Source: Candidatus Latescibacterota bacterium
GTDB taxonomy: Bacteria; Latescibacterota; CBDEFO01
DNA: 64,000 bases
Direction: 5' to 3'
Assembly: GCA_965248755.1 (NCBI GenBank)
Contig: OZ252149.1
Location: 2,592,001 to 2,656,000 of the forward strand
Part shown: positions 41,115-52,373 of the stretch, one piece after another
Position numbering within the stretch: position 1 is the stretch's first letter
Layout: every line of letters starts with the position of its first letter
The notes under the pieces: model-generated
What the model was told of the DNA's origin: nothing
Database searches by the model: none
Seen by the model: only the letters and a program-made list of their open reading frames with translations
Position numbers and translations under genes: made by a program

Positions 41115-44100
41115 ATGACACGGATAATATTTTATGCCGCTCTGACACTGCTGATCGCTTTGAGTGCGTCCGCCCACGCACAGGCTCTTTTCGGACTTCC
41201 GACCAACTATGCCGCTGGAGCTGTTCCCCGTTCAGTTTTCAGTGCAGATTTAAATAGTGATGGTCGTAATGACTTAGCTGTGGCCAATACGAACAGCAAT
41301 AGTGTGTCAGTGTTCTTAAATGATGGAAATGGTTTATTTCCAACTAAGGTGGACTATGGTGTTGGGAGTAGTCCCCGTTCGGTTTTCAGTGCAGATTTCG
41401 ATGGGGATGGAGATAATGACCTGGCTGTGGCTAATGAGCTCAGCGATAATGTGTCAGTGTTATTGAATAATGGTAATGGGACATTTGCAGATAAGGAGGA
41501 CTATCCTGCTGGAAATGGCCCGTGGTCAGTCTTCAGTGCCGATTTTGATGGAGATCTAGATAATGACTTAGCTGTGGCTAATCGGTACGACGGTGATGTA
41601 TCGGTGTTGTTGAATCCTGGAGATGGTACCTTTGTACCTTCGGGTGCGGATTATGCTGTTGGGATTGGTCCCCGTTCGGTTTTCAGTGCAGATTTCGATG
41701 GGGATGGGGATAGTGACCTGGCTGTGGCTAATCTGAGCAGCAATAGTGTATCAGTCCTATTGAATAATGGAGATGGTATATTTGCATCTACGGACTATGG
41801 CACTGGGAGTGGCCCCTTTTCAGTCTTCAGTGCAGATTTCGATGGGGATGGTAATAATGACTTAGCTACGGTGAATTTGAACAGTAATACTGTATCAGTG
41901 CTATTGAATAATGGGAATGGTACATTTGCAGCTAAGGAGGACTATGCCGCTGGGAATTTACCCCAGTCAGTATTCAGTGCAGATTGGGATGGGAATGGGT
42001 ATAATGACTTAGCTGTAGTTCATAGTCCTGATAAGGTATCAGTGTTGTTGAATAATGGGAATGGTACATTTGCAGCTAAGGAGGCTTATCCTGCTGGAAA
42101 TGGTCCCGTATCAGTCTTCAGTGCGGATTTCAATGGAGATGGAGAAAATGACCTGGCTGTGGCTAATCAGAACGGCGGTAATGTATCAGTGTTGTTGAAT
42201 TTCTCTGGCACGCCATCTCCTCCTGTTGTGACATCTATCGATCCCACTTCTGGACCAGAATTGGGTAGTACCGCTGTCACGATAACAGGGAGTAATTTCC
42301 AGATCGGGGCGACTGTTACTTTCGATGGCAGCGCGGCCACAAATGTACTTATAGCGCCCCTTGGAAATACTATCACCGCTGTAACTCCCGTTCATCCCCC
42401 TGGCACAGTAGATGTGATAGTCACAAATAATCCCAGCGGTCAGGCAGACACCCTCCTTAACGGATTTACTTTTCTTCCTGCTCCTCCTCTTATGACATCT
42501 ATTGATCCCACTTCTGGATCAGAATTCGGTGGTACGCCTGTGACGATAAGAGGGAGTAATTTCTCAGACGGGGCGATTGTTACTTTCGATGACATCGTGG
42601 ACCCAAATGTACTGGTAGCCCTCCTTGGTGACACTATCACCGCTGTAACTCCCCCTCATCCCGCTGGCCCTGTAGATGTGATAGTCACAAATCCCAGCGG
42701 CGAGGCAGACACCCTCCTTAACGGATTTACTTTTCTTCCTGCTCCCCCTCCTGTTGTGACATCTATCGATCCCACTTCTGGAACAGAATTCGGTGGTACG
42801 CCTGTGACCATAACAGGGAGTAATTTCCAGAGCGGGGCGACTGCTACTTTCGATGACAGCGCGGCCACAAACGTACTCGTAGCCCTCCTTGGTGACACTA
42901 TCACCGCTGTAACTCCCGCTCATCCCCCTGGCACCGTAGATGTGATAGTCACAAATCCCAGCGGTCAGGCGGACACCCTCGTTAACGGATTTACTTTTAA
43001 TCCTCCTACCTCTCCTAATCTTTTCGGACCTCCGACCAACTATTTTGTTGGAGTTATTGCCACATCAGTATTCAGTGCAGATTTAGATGGGGATGGGGAT
43101 AATGACCTGGCTGTTAACAATTTTGACGACAATACTGTATCAGTGTGGACTATGCCGTTGGAAGTTCTCCCATATCAGTATTCATTGCGGATTTAGACCG
43201 TGATGGAGATAATGACCTCGCTGTGGCTAATTTGTTCGGTCGTAATGTATCAGTGTTGTTAAATAATGGTGCTGGTACATTTGCACCTAAGGTGGACTAT
43301 GCTGTAGAGAATGATCCGTCTTCGGTTTTCATTTCGGATTTAGACGGTGACGGATATAATGACCTGGCTGTGGCTAATAAAACCAGCGATAATGTGTCAG
43401 TGTTGTTAAATAATGGTGCTGGTACATTTGCACCTAAGGTGGACTATGGTACTGGGGCCAATCCCACATCAGTTTTCATTGCAGATTTTGATGGTGATGG
43501 GGATAATGACCTGGCTGTGGCTAATGAGACCAGCGATAATGTGTCAGTGTTGTTAAACAATGGTGCTGGTACATTTGCACCTAAGGTGGACTATGGTACT
43601 GGGGCCAATCCCTTTTCAGTTTTTAGTCTAGATCTGGATGGTGATGGTGATGATGACTTGGCTACGGGCAATTTTGACGACAATACTGTATCAGTGTTGT
43701 TGAATAATGGGAATGGTACATTTGCAGACAAGGTGGACTATCCTGCTGGAGATGGTCCCATATCAGTCTTCATTGCAGATTTCGATGGTGATGGGGATAA
43801 TGACTTGGCTGTGTCTAATGGTGGCAGCGGAATCGGCACTACTATATCAGTGTTGTTGAACAACGGAGATGGGACATTTGCATTTAGTAGGGCTTATCCT
43901 GCTGGAAATGGTCCCGTATCAGTCTTCAGTGCGGATTTCGATGGAGATGGAGATAATGACCTGGCTGTGGCTAATCAGATCAGTGGTGATGTATCAGTGT
44001 TGTTGAATCTCTCTGACACGCCATCTCCTCCTATTGTGACATCTATTGATTCCACTTCTGGACCAGAATTGGGTGGTACGCCTGTGACGATAACAGGGAG

Positions 44101-46180
44101 TAATTTCCAGATCGGGGCGACTGTTACTTTCGATGACAGCGCGGCCACAAATGTACTTATACAGCCCCTCGGTAATACTATCGCCGCCGTGACTCCCGCT
44201 CATCCCGCTGGCCCTGTAGATGTGATAGTCACAAATCCCAGCGGCGAGGCAGACACCCTCGTTAACGGATTTACTTTTCTTCCTGCTCCTACTCCTGTTG
44301 TGACATCTATCGATCCCACTTCTGGATCAGAATTCGGTGGTACGCCTGTGACGATAACAGGGAGTAATTTCCAGATCGGGGCGACTGCTACTTTCGATGA
44401 CAGCGCGGCCACAAACGTACTCGTAGCCCTCCTTGGTGACACTATCACCGCTGTAACTCCCGTTCATCCCCCTGGCCCTGTAGATGTGATAGTCACAAAT
44501 CCCAGCGGTCAGGCGGACACCCTCCTTAACGGATTTACTTTTCTTTCTGCTACCCCTCCTGTTGTGACATCTATCAATCCCACTTCTGGAACAGAATTCG
44601 GTGGTACACCTGTGGCGATAACAGGGAGTAATTTCCAGAGCGGGGCGACTGTTACTTTCGATGACATCGCGGCCACGAATGTACTCGTAGCACTCCTTGG
44701 TGACACTATCACCGCTGTGACTCCCGCTCATCCTGCTGACAGTGTAGATGTGATAGTCACGAATCCCAGCGGTCTGGCAGATACGCTCTCCTATAGATTT
44801 GAGTTTATTGCCGATTCTGCGGTTGTCACGATAGGTGCTGGTGCAGAGATTGCAAGTCCCGGAGGACACGCTGTAGTTCCTATCTTTTCCTCTAATCTGA
44901 CAGGTCGAAACGTGTTTTCAGTCGAGATAACTCTCCGTTTTGATCCAGCCTTTGTGCAATTCATGCACGCATCTCCGGGACCAGGACATGACTTTCCCAG
45001 TGGTTTCTTTTTTAACTCCCCTGAGCCTGGCAGAGCTATAATAGCCTTTGGCTCCATAACTCCGCTTCTTGATACTCCAGCAGGTATCCTGGCATTTGCA
45101 GTGTTCGAAGTGAACGCCTCTGCATCGTTAGGCTCAAGGATCGATATATTTGTGCCGGAAGATCGAGCGATCGTAAACGAAGGCTTTCCCCCTGTGACCA
45201 CGTTCAATGGCAATATCATAGTAGGAATAGTAGGAGATATCAGCGGGAATGGTGATGTTAGGGCTTTCGACGCGGTTTTAGCGCTGATGCATTCGGTAGG
45301 GATCCGAAACATAAGAGACGAGTTCTTTGGCGGCGACGAAGGAGTATTTCTAGCAATTTCGGATGTAACTCGCAACTTGGAAGTGACATCTTTTGATGCC
45401 GTTCGGATCCTTCAGTTTGTAGTTGAGTTGATCCCAGGACTCCCGTACCTCGGGACTGATGGCCCTGCGAAGGTCGCAGACGTCTCTCTTCGCACGGTGG
45501 GTTTCTCAGATGCCTCTCGATTATCCAAGTACACTCTAAAAGTCCCTCTTTCTATAGACGATATGTCAGGAGTTCTCGGCGCGGATATATCTATAACGTA
45601 TGATTCATCGAAGTTGAAAGCAGTGGGAGTGTCTCCTTCGGGTATGCTATCGTCATTTGTGTTCCAGAGCAACATCGTGGACGACAAGGTTAGGATAGCC
45701 TTTGCCTCTGCTTATCCTGTGGAAGGAGGGGGAGATATGGCCTACATTCAATTTGAGGTCGTTGACGGTCTGAGCGATGAATTGAAGGATGATCTGTTGA
45801 AGATTTCAGGCGTTCAACTCAACGAGGGATTAATTCCTGCTATAATAGACCAGTCGGAACTGTCGTTGGATGAATCTTCCACTCCCGAGACTTACGCTCT
45901 CTCACAGAACTTCCCGAACCCGTTTAATCCTACGACCACTATCCGATTTGCAGTGCGTCCTGATGATCAAAGGACAAACGTGGAACTGTCGGTCTACAAC
46001 CTGTCGGGACAGAGGATAAGGACACTGATCTCCGGCAAGATGGAAAGCGGAGAGTTTGCTGTTACGTGGGACGGGAAAGACGAGGTTGGAAAAGAGGTTG
46101 CAAGCGGAGTCTATCTCTACAGATTGGATGTAGATAAGAACAGGTTCACCCAGACACGGAAGATGGTCTTGATGAGATAG
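41115..46180 (+). pseudogene. large FG-GAP/VCBS + IPT/TIG + cohesin/dockerin-like + CTD surface protein, frameshifted near 43147
   Basis: ADFDGDGDNDLAVAN and SIDPTSG..GGTPVTITGSNF repeats continue across ORFs 41055-43196 and 43145-46180; one repeat unit lacks about 37 bp. Confidence 0.88.
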
Positions 46181-46203
46181 ACCTCTTTTGATCGGAGAGT
46201 CAT

Positions 46204-46243
46204 AGAAGAGCCGAAGCTCAGTTTCTAAGGGCTTCGGCTCTCT
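46204..46243. terminator. intrinsic terminator, copy of 40933-40973
   Basis: GAGCCGAAGC / GCTTCGGCTC stem between convergent genes. Confidence 0.75.
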
Positions 46244-46324
46244 TAGTTTGCAATATATCTCTCGACGATTGAGGATCCCTTGAAGAGATTCGATTAAGGT
46301 TCGGTTGATATATCCTCTACTCAG

Positions 46325-47875
46325 TCAGCTCACTCTGTCAAACCCACATAATTTGAGAGTTGATACCTTCTTTGTCTTCAGATCGGCGGCACGGATCACG
46401 TGGTTATTGGTGTCTGCGATATAGAGTTTGTCATAGGCCACACTTACCCCGGCCGGTTCATCGAAGGTGGCTGAATCGCCATCACGTAGGCCCTCTTCGC
46501 CTGTCCCCAGGAAGGTCACTGCGCTTTTTGTGCGCGGAAACACCTGTTTGATCTTGTTGTTGTAGGTGTCCGCCACAAAGAGAACGCCATCGTGATAGAC
46601 AACGCCCAGGGGATGCTGCAGACGAACGTGCTCCCCATTCCCATCTTGGTCGCCGAATTCGAACAGGTCGAGGCCCACGATGGTCTCAACGCTGCCATTT
46701 AGATCCAGATCGGCGGCGCGAATAGAGCTGACTTCGCTATCGGCAAAGTAGAGTTTATCACCGTCGGTGGTGATTCCTGAAGGCTGTGCCAGCGCAGAGG
46801 CGCGCAGGGGTCCATCGATCCGGGCTTCCTGTCCGCTGCCGGCGTAGGGACCGATTTCGGCACTCTCTATATCCATCTTCCAGATCTGGTGTGGTCCAGC
46901 CATGGCGATATACAGATAACCATCGTGCACTACGAGGTCCCAGGGCGAGTTCAGCGCCACGTCTACGCCGACGCCCAAATTGTTAAATTGCCGCGCCTGC
47001 ACTCCCATCCCGGCGATTGTGGTAACGCTCTTACTTTCCAGATCCACACTGCGGATAGCGTGATTTTCCGTGTCCGCTACATACAGAGTCCGACCATCCG
47101 GAGTAAGTGCCATGCCCTGAGGGTGGTTAAACGCCGCCTCTTGAAAGTTCCCATTATCCAGTCCGCTGGAACCATTGCCGACAATGTCTTGTAACGTGCC
47201 ATCCAGAGAGGCGATGACGATGCGGTTGTGATTGGAATCGGCTATAAAGAGGCGCTCTGATGCCTCGTCCGCTAGCACCTTGCCGGGGAAGGAAAGGTCA
47301 GTCGCTGACTCCGTGTCAGTCGCTGACTCCGTGTCGGTCGCCGACTCCGCGGTCAAATCGGACAGGCGCTGGCGTTCGAAATTAAATGTGAGAGGCTCAC
47401 GATCTATGAGCCCCTGGCTTTCGAACTCCTGAATTACCTGGCCGATCAGTCGGTCAAACACCTCGTAGATCTCCTCACCCGGCAGATACCCTACCACCTT
47501 CCCAACAGGATCGATCAGATAGAGACTCGGCCAGGAACGCACACTGTACTTTTGCCAGATGACCATATCCCTATCGTTTACCACAGGGTGCTGGATCTCA
47601 TAGCGGAGGATCGCCTGGCGGATATTGTCCGTCTCCTTTTCGGTGGTAAATTTGGCCGAATGCACCCCAATTACTACGAGCTCGCGGCTGTATTTCCGTT
47701 CAAGCTTCTTCAGATCAGGAAGGACGTGCATGCAGTTGATACAGCAGTAGGTCCAGAAATCCAGCAGGACTACTTTCCCGCGAAGCGCCTTCAAAGTAAC
47801 CGGGTACTCGGTGTTGAGCCAGTGCATCCCCTCTGGGAAGTCAGGAGCGTCCACTTTTTCCGCATAGTCTGACAT
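46325..47875 (-). CDS. thioredoxin-like + NHL-repeat protein (NHLRC2-like)
   Basis: [30 protein letters not shown] / ADTENHAIR repeats. Confidence 0.92.
   Translation of the reverse strand: MSDYAEKVDAPDFPEGMHWLNTEYPVTLKALRGKVVLLDFWTYCCINCMHVLPDLKKLERKYSRELVVIGVHSAKFTTEKETDNIRQAILRYEIQHPVVNDRDMVIWQKYSVRSWPSLYLIDPVGKVVGYLPGEEIYEVFDRLIGQVIQEFESQGLIDREPLTFNFERQRLSDLTAESATDTESATDTESATDLSFPGKVLADEASERLFIADSNHNRIVIASLDGTLQDIVGNGSSGLDNGNFQEAAFNHPQGMALTPDGRTLYVADTENHAIRSVDLESKSVTTIAGMGVQARQFNNLGVGVDVALNSPWDLVVHDGYLYIAMAGPHQIWKMDIESAEIGPYAGSGQEARIDGPLRASALAQPSGITTDGDKLYFADSEVSSIRAADLDLNGSVETIVGLDLFEFGDQDGNGEHVRLQHPLGVVYHDGVLFVADTYNNKIKQVFPRTKSAVTFLGTGEEGLRDGDSATFDEPAGVSVAYDKLYIADTNNHVIRAADLKTKKVSTLKLCGFDRVS
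47297..47350. repeat. 3 x 18-bp in-frame tandem repeat of a mini-hairpin
   Basis: GTCAGTCGCTGACTCCGT twice, then GTCGGTCGCCGACTCCGC; encodes (T/A)ESATD x3. Confidence 0.9.
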
Positions 47876-47889
47876 CCAAGCTGTCTCCC

Positions 47890-48558
47890 CTAAACATTTT
47901 GGCCTATCGCATCCCAGTACATCAGCTCGTACGCTTGCAGCAGTCGCGCGGCGCGGCCGATGAGGGCTGGAGCGATTCCGCGGTCGAGTCCGCCCTGAAT
48001 GACCAGCAGTGCTTCTTCTTCAAAGGGCGGAAGATTGGCGAACCGGTCGAAGAACTCCACGTCCGCCTCAAGAAAATCATATTGTTCTATAAGCGCCTTG
48101 CTCATTCGCCCGCAGTTGGCGCCCCACGCAGCAAAGTTGAGGAGGAAGGCAGCGGCGAGTTCCGCGTCGGAGCCGTAGAGCGAAAGCCATGCCACAAACG
48201 CACAGTAGGCGTGACCTCCCGGCAGCGGCTCAAACGCATTCAGATCGCCCTCGCTCATTCCCAGCGCTGCCCCGAATTTCAGGAGCGCCTCAAAGGCCGC
48301 GGTTTCCCCCTCGAGCACTCCCAGCAAAAACCTGCGGCTCGGCAGATGCCCGTGCCGGGACACTAACTGTGCTACACTTCTCAGGTCGCTCCCGATGACG
48401 TGATACTGCTGTCCAGCAAAGACCTTTAAACTCTCGGCTTCAACGTGTCCCTTTTCCAGGGCGTCGAGATAAGGATGATGTAGGATTCTCCCTTCAAGAG
48501 GTTTCAAGTCAGAGCGAATCTGTTCAACAAGTTGACGGACGTCGGCCATAGAAATCAC
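47890..48558 (-). CDS. TenA/THI-4/PqqC-family protein
   Basis: ILHHPYL, FAGQQY, NFAAWG..C, YELMYWD. Confidence 0.78.
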   Translation of the reverse strand: MISMADVRQLVEQIRSDLKPLEGRILHHPYLDALEKGHVEAESLKVFAGQQYHVIGSDLRSVAQLVSRHGHLPSRRFLLGVLEGETAAFEALLKFGAALGMSEGDLNAFEPLPGGHAYCAFVAWLSLYGSDAELAAAFLLNFAAWGANCGRMSKALIEQYDFLEADVEFFDRFANLPPFEEEALLVIQGGLDRGIAPALIGRAARLLQAYELMYWDAIGQNV

Positions 48559-49200
48559 CTCTCTCCAATTAGCACCAACGCCGCTGTGTAGTTATGGGCG
48601 TAGTTGCGCCCGCCCACCGGGGCAATCTCTCCGTTGCCGAAAAAGCCGATCAGGGGCAACTCCCCGAAGAACTCCTTGATAACCCCCAGGTCATGGTTGG
48701 GTTGTCCATAAAGCCCCGCACCCCGTCCCAGACAGTTGAAGCAAAGACCGAAGTGCAAGTTTACCCCCTGCGTCTGCCCGAACAGGCCAGAGACCATCTG
48801 GTGCATGTCGCTACGGGCAGCGCGGGCGTCCCGGATTTGGAACTGGGCAGTTTGACCTTCCTGCACTAGTTGTGCCACTGCTGTGCCTTGCGATTTCGGG
48901 TCCATTCCAATAATGTTGCACACCAGGAAGTCACCCCGCTCGGAGACGCGTTCTCTTCCACAGCGATTCCCACAAACAGATTGTGCATCGCCCGCTCCCT
49001 CTCATCGTCCGGGAGCTCCTGAAAGACCTCTTCCAGCGCCTTCAGGGTGGGGCGGCCGTCCATTTCCAGGATGAGGTTCCCTTCACAGCGGGTGATGAAG
49101 CCCGGTTCCCCGATAGGTTCACTGCCCTGCGCCACACCGACGTGCGTGGTGAACTGGCTGCCCCAGAGGACTCCGGAGATCCCATGAACCTCCTGGAAGT
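48555..49200 (-). pseudogene. FIST-domain protein, N-truncated and frameshifted near 48920
   Basis: VAQGSEPIG..ITRCEGNLILEMDGRP and FNCLGRG..LYG..GFFGNGEI in different frames. Confidence 0.82.
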
Positions 49201-49251
49201 ATCTTAAAGAGCCCAAATGGATACATGCTTTGATCAATTCTGGGGAATGGT

Positions 49252-49284
49252 AAGGCCCCGGTTCCTAACTAGACCCAGGGCCTT
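49252..49284 (-). terminator. probable terminator hairpin
   Basis: AAGGCCC ... GGGCCTT downstream of the metalloprotease gene. Confidence 0.45.
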
Positions 49285-49319
49285 GTTGTTATCTATCTTC
49301 GTTGGACCATACTCCCAGC

Positions 49320-52300
49320 CTAACGCATCAGCATGACTTTCCGTGTATATGTCCGTTCATTGGTTTCCAATGTATAAGTCCTTTCATTGATTTTCAATTG
49401 GACTATATACATCCCGCTTCCCACTGGCTGACCACTCTCGTCTTGCCCATTCCAGACGACCGCATACTCTCCAGCAGGCTGTAATTCCTCCGGCATCAAC
49501 TCCTGCACACGTTGACCTAACAAATTGTAGATGGACAACTGTACCCGGGCTGTCTCCGGTAACTGGAACCTTACGGTAGTGCTCGGGTTGAACGGATTAG
49601 GCGATGTTTCCAGACCTATGTCTGAAGATGCTCCTGATGCTGTTGAAGCTGAAGCGACCGGTTGAGATGCTGCTCCTCCCGCCGGTGGTGGCAAATCCTC
49701 AACGTCCAGAAGGGCCGACCAGGCGGCATATGCCGCTGGGTGATTTGGATAGTCTCTTAAGATCGGCTCTAACAACTCTCGAGCCCTGGTCGCATCCTTC
49801 AGAAAATACATATACACAGAGCCCAAAGCCGTCTGTGCTGAGAGTCGGTCTGCAACATCGTCAGCTGTTACGATCTCCTGCTCGTAAGCGGCTATTGCTG
49901 CATCATACTGCTCGTCTGCCACCAGAGCGTGGCGCCACAGGCTGGACGCTTTTCGCCGTACCTTCTCGGACGGATGGTCCAATGCCAGACCCTCAAGACG
50001 CCCGATCACATAGCCTAGATCAGTCCCCCTGTGGAGAGCCGCCCGATAGAGTCCGTTTGTCGCACGCTCTGCGATCTTGGACTCATCGGTATCCGACAAA
50101 AGCTGATCGTAAGTTGCGACAGCAGCATCGAACTGTCTATTACTCTCCGCCTCCGCTGCTTGGCGCAGACGCTCGTACTCAGGGTTGACTTCGTAGGCGG
50201 ACGCGATCAGTTTGAAGTTGGCCGACGTGTCAAAAGGTCGGAAGGTTACCTTATCACTGGGAGAGAACAGCAACGTGGAGTCTGGATTGCTGCTCCCCCA
50301 GTAGTTGCCTATAGCCGTAATCGTACTGTAGGCGAACGATGTGTTAATGTATACGGCGTATCCTGTATTGTCGTGTATGTCGTTATTCCCCCAGTCCATG
50401 GCATTACCCAACGCTGGATCACAATTCCATACGACGTAGATCTCGTGACTTCCATTGTTCGTGATCTTATTGCGATCCCCGGCCGCTTCCAGTTCCGGGT
50501 CTGAATCATCATACAAGTGAATCCCATATGTCGAGTTGTCGTAGATCTCGTTATCTCCAAAGCGAGGACTACATTCGTCGTAAAGAGTTACTCCATCGAC
50601 GTTGTCATACATCTTATTGTGGTGGAATGAGATAGGAGAACTGGAATACTGCATGTAAATGCCTTTGCCATTGTTGCTGTAAGAGTTGTTGTTATAAACA
50701 TTCGGGACTGAGCTGGAGACAAGATTAAGCCCATCTACATTACTGTACAAGTTGTTATGGTGAATCTTGCCTGTGCTGCCCATTCCTATCGCTTTGATGC
50801 CCTGCACACAGTTGAAAATCTTGTTATCATGGATTTCGGGATTAGCACTTTTAACGTACACCCCATACTTCGCATTCTGGATATCACTGAACTTCACGTA
50901 ACTACTGCCTGCATTCGACTCGAAGACGATGCCGTACCACTTGTTACTCGCACTGCCGCCATTTTTCGCTTTGAATATGACGCGACTGCTGCTAGTACCG
51001 TTAACTTCCAGCTTACCATTAGCATTAACAATAAGCTCGCATTTGGAAGCATCCGCGCCTCCAGATTGTGAGTCAGTTGTAGAGACCTCGACTGTCATGC
51101 CTTTATCTATGGTCAGGGTTACTCCTGAGGGTACTGTAACATCTCCTGTCATCTGTACGAACTTGTTCGGAGACTTCCACTCGAATTCCCTCAGATCCGA
51201 GTTGCTCGACAGAGTACCAGACGCTACTCTGTAGAGCCAGGAGGCACCGGCAGCATCTCCATTCTCCAGGGTTCTCTTACAGATGTACTCACACGCCGGT
51301 ACTGTAGACCCATGCATAGTATTCAAGTCGTCGCTAGTTGTGTGCCACAGGCCAATGGCATGTCCGAATTCGTGAGTGCCTGTGCCCTGGATATCTTTAT
51401 CGCTATCCTCATGATCATCAGTTTTCCAGGTACGATTAGTGTTGAATTCTATATCGAATTCTGTCAATATATGATACCCCCCAATGTAGGTCACTTCTGG
51501 ATTGGCATAAGCTGCAGGAGCAGGTCCCAAATCCGTCCAACTTATGGTATTTATGCTATCATTAGCATACGTCAGTGTAGTATCACCGGCGTAGGTAAGA
51601 TTGAGATAAGAGTCCCCGACGTTATTCCACGTATTGGCGGCGTTTTTTATTGCAGTTCGAGTATCATCTGCCGAGACTCCGGAACCATCCGGATTAATAT
51701 AGTAATCGATTCCACCTTTAGCCGTGATAGCATCCCACGCTGATGGATTGCCTCCATACCAACGTCCTTCTGGAGCGAGCTCATTAAATTTATCATTGAG
51801 TGCTTTAGCAACTTTCGCGGCGAATGGAGCCTCCCATTCTACTTTTTCACCTCGGGAACTTGCCCTTACTTTGTCTCTAAACTCCTGAAATGACAGATTT
51901 CTATCCTTCCCGTGTATCTCCTTTGTTTTCAAAATGCGGTCATTAACTACCCGGAACGTGCCATGCGTCCACCCAACAACCTCATAGTTGCTTTCCGTGC
52001 CTTTCTTAAGGAAAAGAAAATATTCTGCCCCGACATCAAACCAGGGCGCATCAATAGTATAATGTATTATGTTTCCACTTCGGCCTCCTCGTGTCCTAAT
52101 TATAATTTCCTGCTGTAGAACTTCCCCTAACACTACCTCAAGTACCGTGAAGGAGGTGTTAGTATACATGCGGCGTGTTTCTTCATCCCGTTTCGTTTCT
52201 TGATTAGTAGCTATTCCGCGTATTACAAAATCGGATTGTGAAATAAAAAAGTCTTCCGATGTAGTGTGCCACGTTGTTGCTTCTATGGTAGAAACGGCCA

Positions 52301-52373
52301 GCAACACATAAATGCTGATGATAGTTATAGCATAGGGCTGTTTCAGGGATTTAAGAATTCTCTCAGTCGTCGT
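49320..52373 (-). CDS. secreted metzincin (matrixin-like) protease + beta-helix + TPR + CTD
   Basis: HEFGHAIGLWH with Met-turn; parallel beta-helix repeats; PNPFNP CTD; start extended to ACG 52373 by paralog alignment (track start 52307). Confidence 0.85.
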   Translation of the reverse strand, partial: TTTERILKSLKQPYAITIISIYVLLAVSTIEATTWHTTSEDFFISQSDFVIRGIATNQETKRDEETRRMYTNTSFTVLEVVLGEVLQQEIIIRTRGGRSGNIIHYTIDAPWFDVGAEYFLFLKKGTESNYEVVGWTHGTFRVVNDRILKTKEIHGKDRNLSFQEFRDKVRASSRGEKVEWEAPFAAKVAKALNDKFNELAPEGRWYGGNPSAWDAITAKGGIDYYINPDGSGVSADDTRTAIKNAANTWNNVGDSYLNLTYAGDTTLTYANDSINTISWTDLGPAPAAYANPEVTYIGGYHILTEFDIEFNTNRTWKTDDHEDSDKDIQGTGTHEFGHAIGLWHTTSDDLNTMHGSTVPACEYICKRTLENGDAAGASWLYRVASGTLSSNSDLREFEWKSPNKFVQMTGDVTVPSGVTLTIDKGMTVEVSTTDSQSGGADASKCELIVNANGKLEVNGTSSSRVIFKAKNGGSASNKWYGIVFESNAGSSYVKFSDIQNAKYGVYVKSANPEIHDNKIFNCVQGIKAIGMGSTGKIHHNNLYSNVDGLNLVSSSVPNVYNNNSYSNNGKGIYMQYSSSPISFHHNKMYDNVDGVTLYDECSPRFGDNEIYDNSTYGIHLYDDSDPELEAAGDRNKITNNGSHEIYVVWNCDPALGNAMDWGNNDIHDNTGYAVYINTSFAYSTITAIGNYWGSSNPDSTLLFSPSDKVTFRPFDTSANFKLIASAYEVNPEYERLRQAAEAESNRQFDAAVATYDQLLSDTDESKIAERATNGLYRAALHRGTDLGYVIGRLEGLALDHPSEKVRRKASSLWRHALVADEQYDAAIAAYEQEIVTADDVADRLSAQTALGSVYMYFLKDATRARELLEPILRDYPNHPAAYAAWSALLDVEDLPPPAGGAASQPVASASTASGASSDIGLETSPNPFNPSTTVRFQLPETARVQLSIYNLLGQRVQELMPEELQPAGEYAVVWNGQDESGQPVGSGMYIVQLKINERTYTLETNERTYTRKVMLMR

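Noticed and set aside
41200..44800. Near-identical DNA repeats as a CRISPR array or DGR template/variable pair
   Set aside because: They are coding FG-GAP and IPT domain repeats; differences are not adenine-specific and no reverse transcriptase is present
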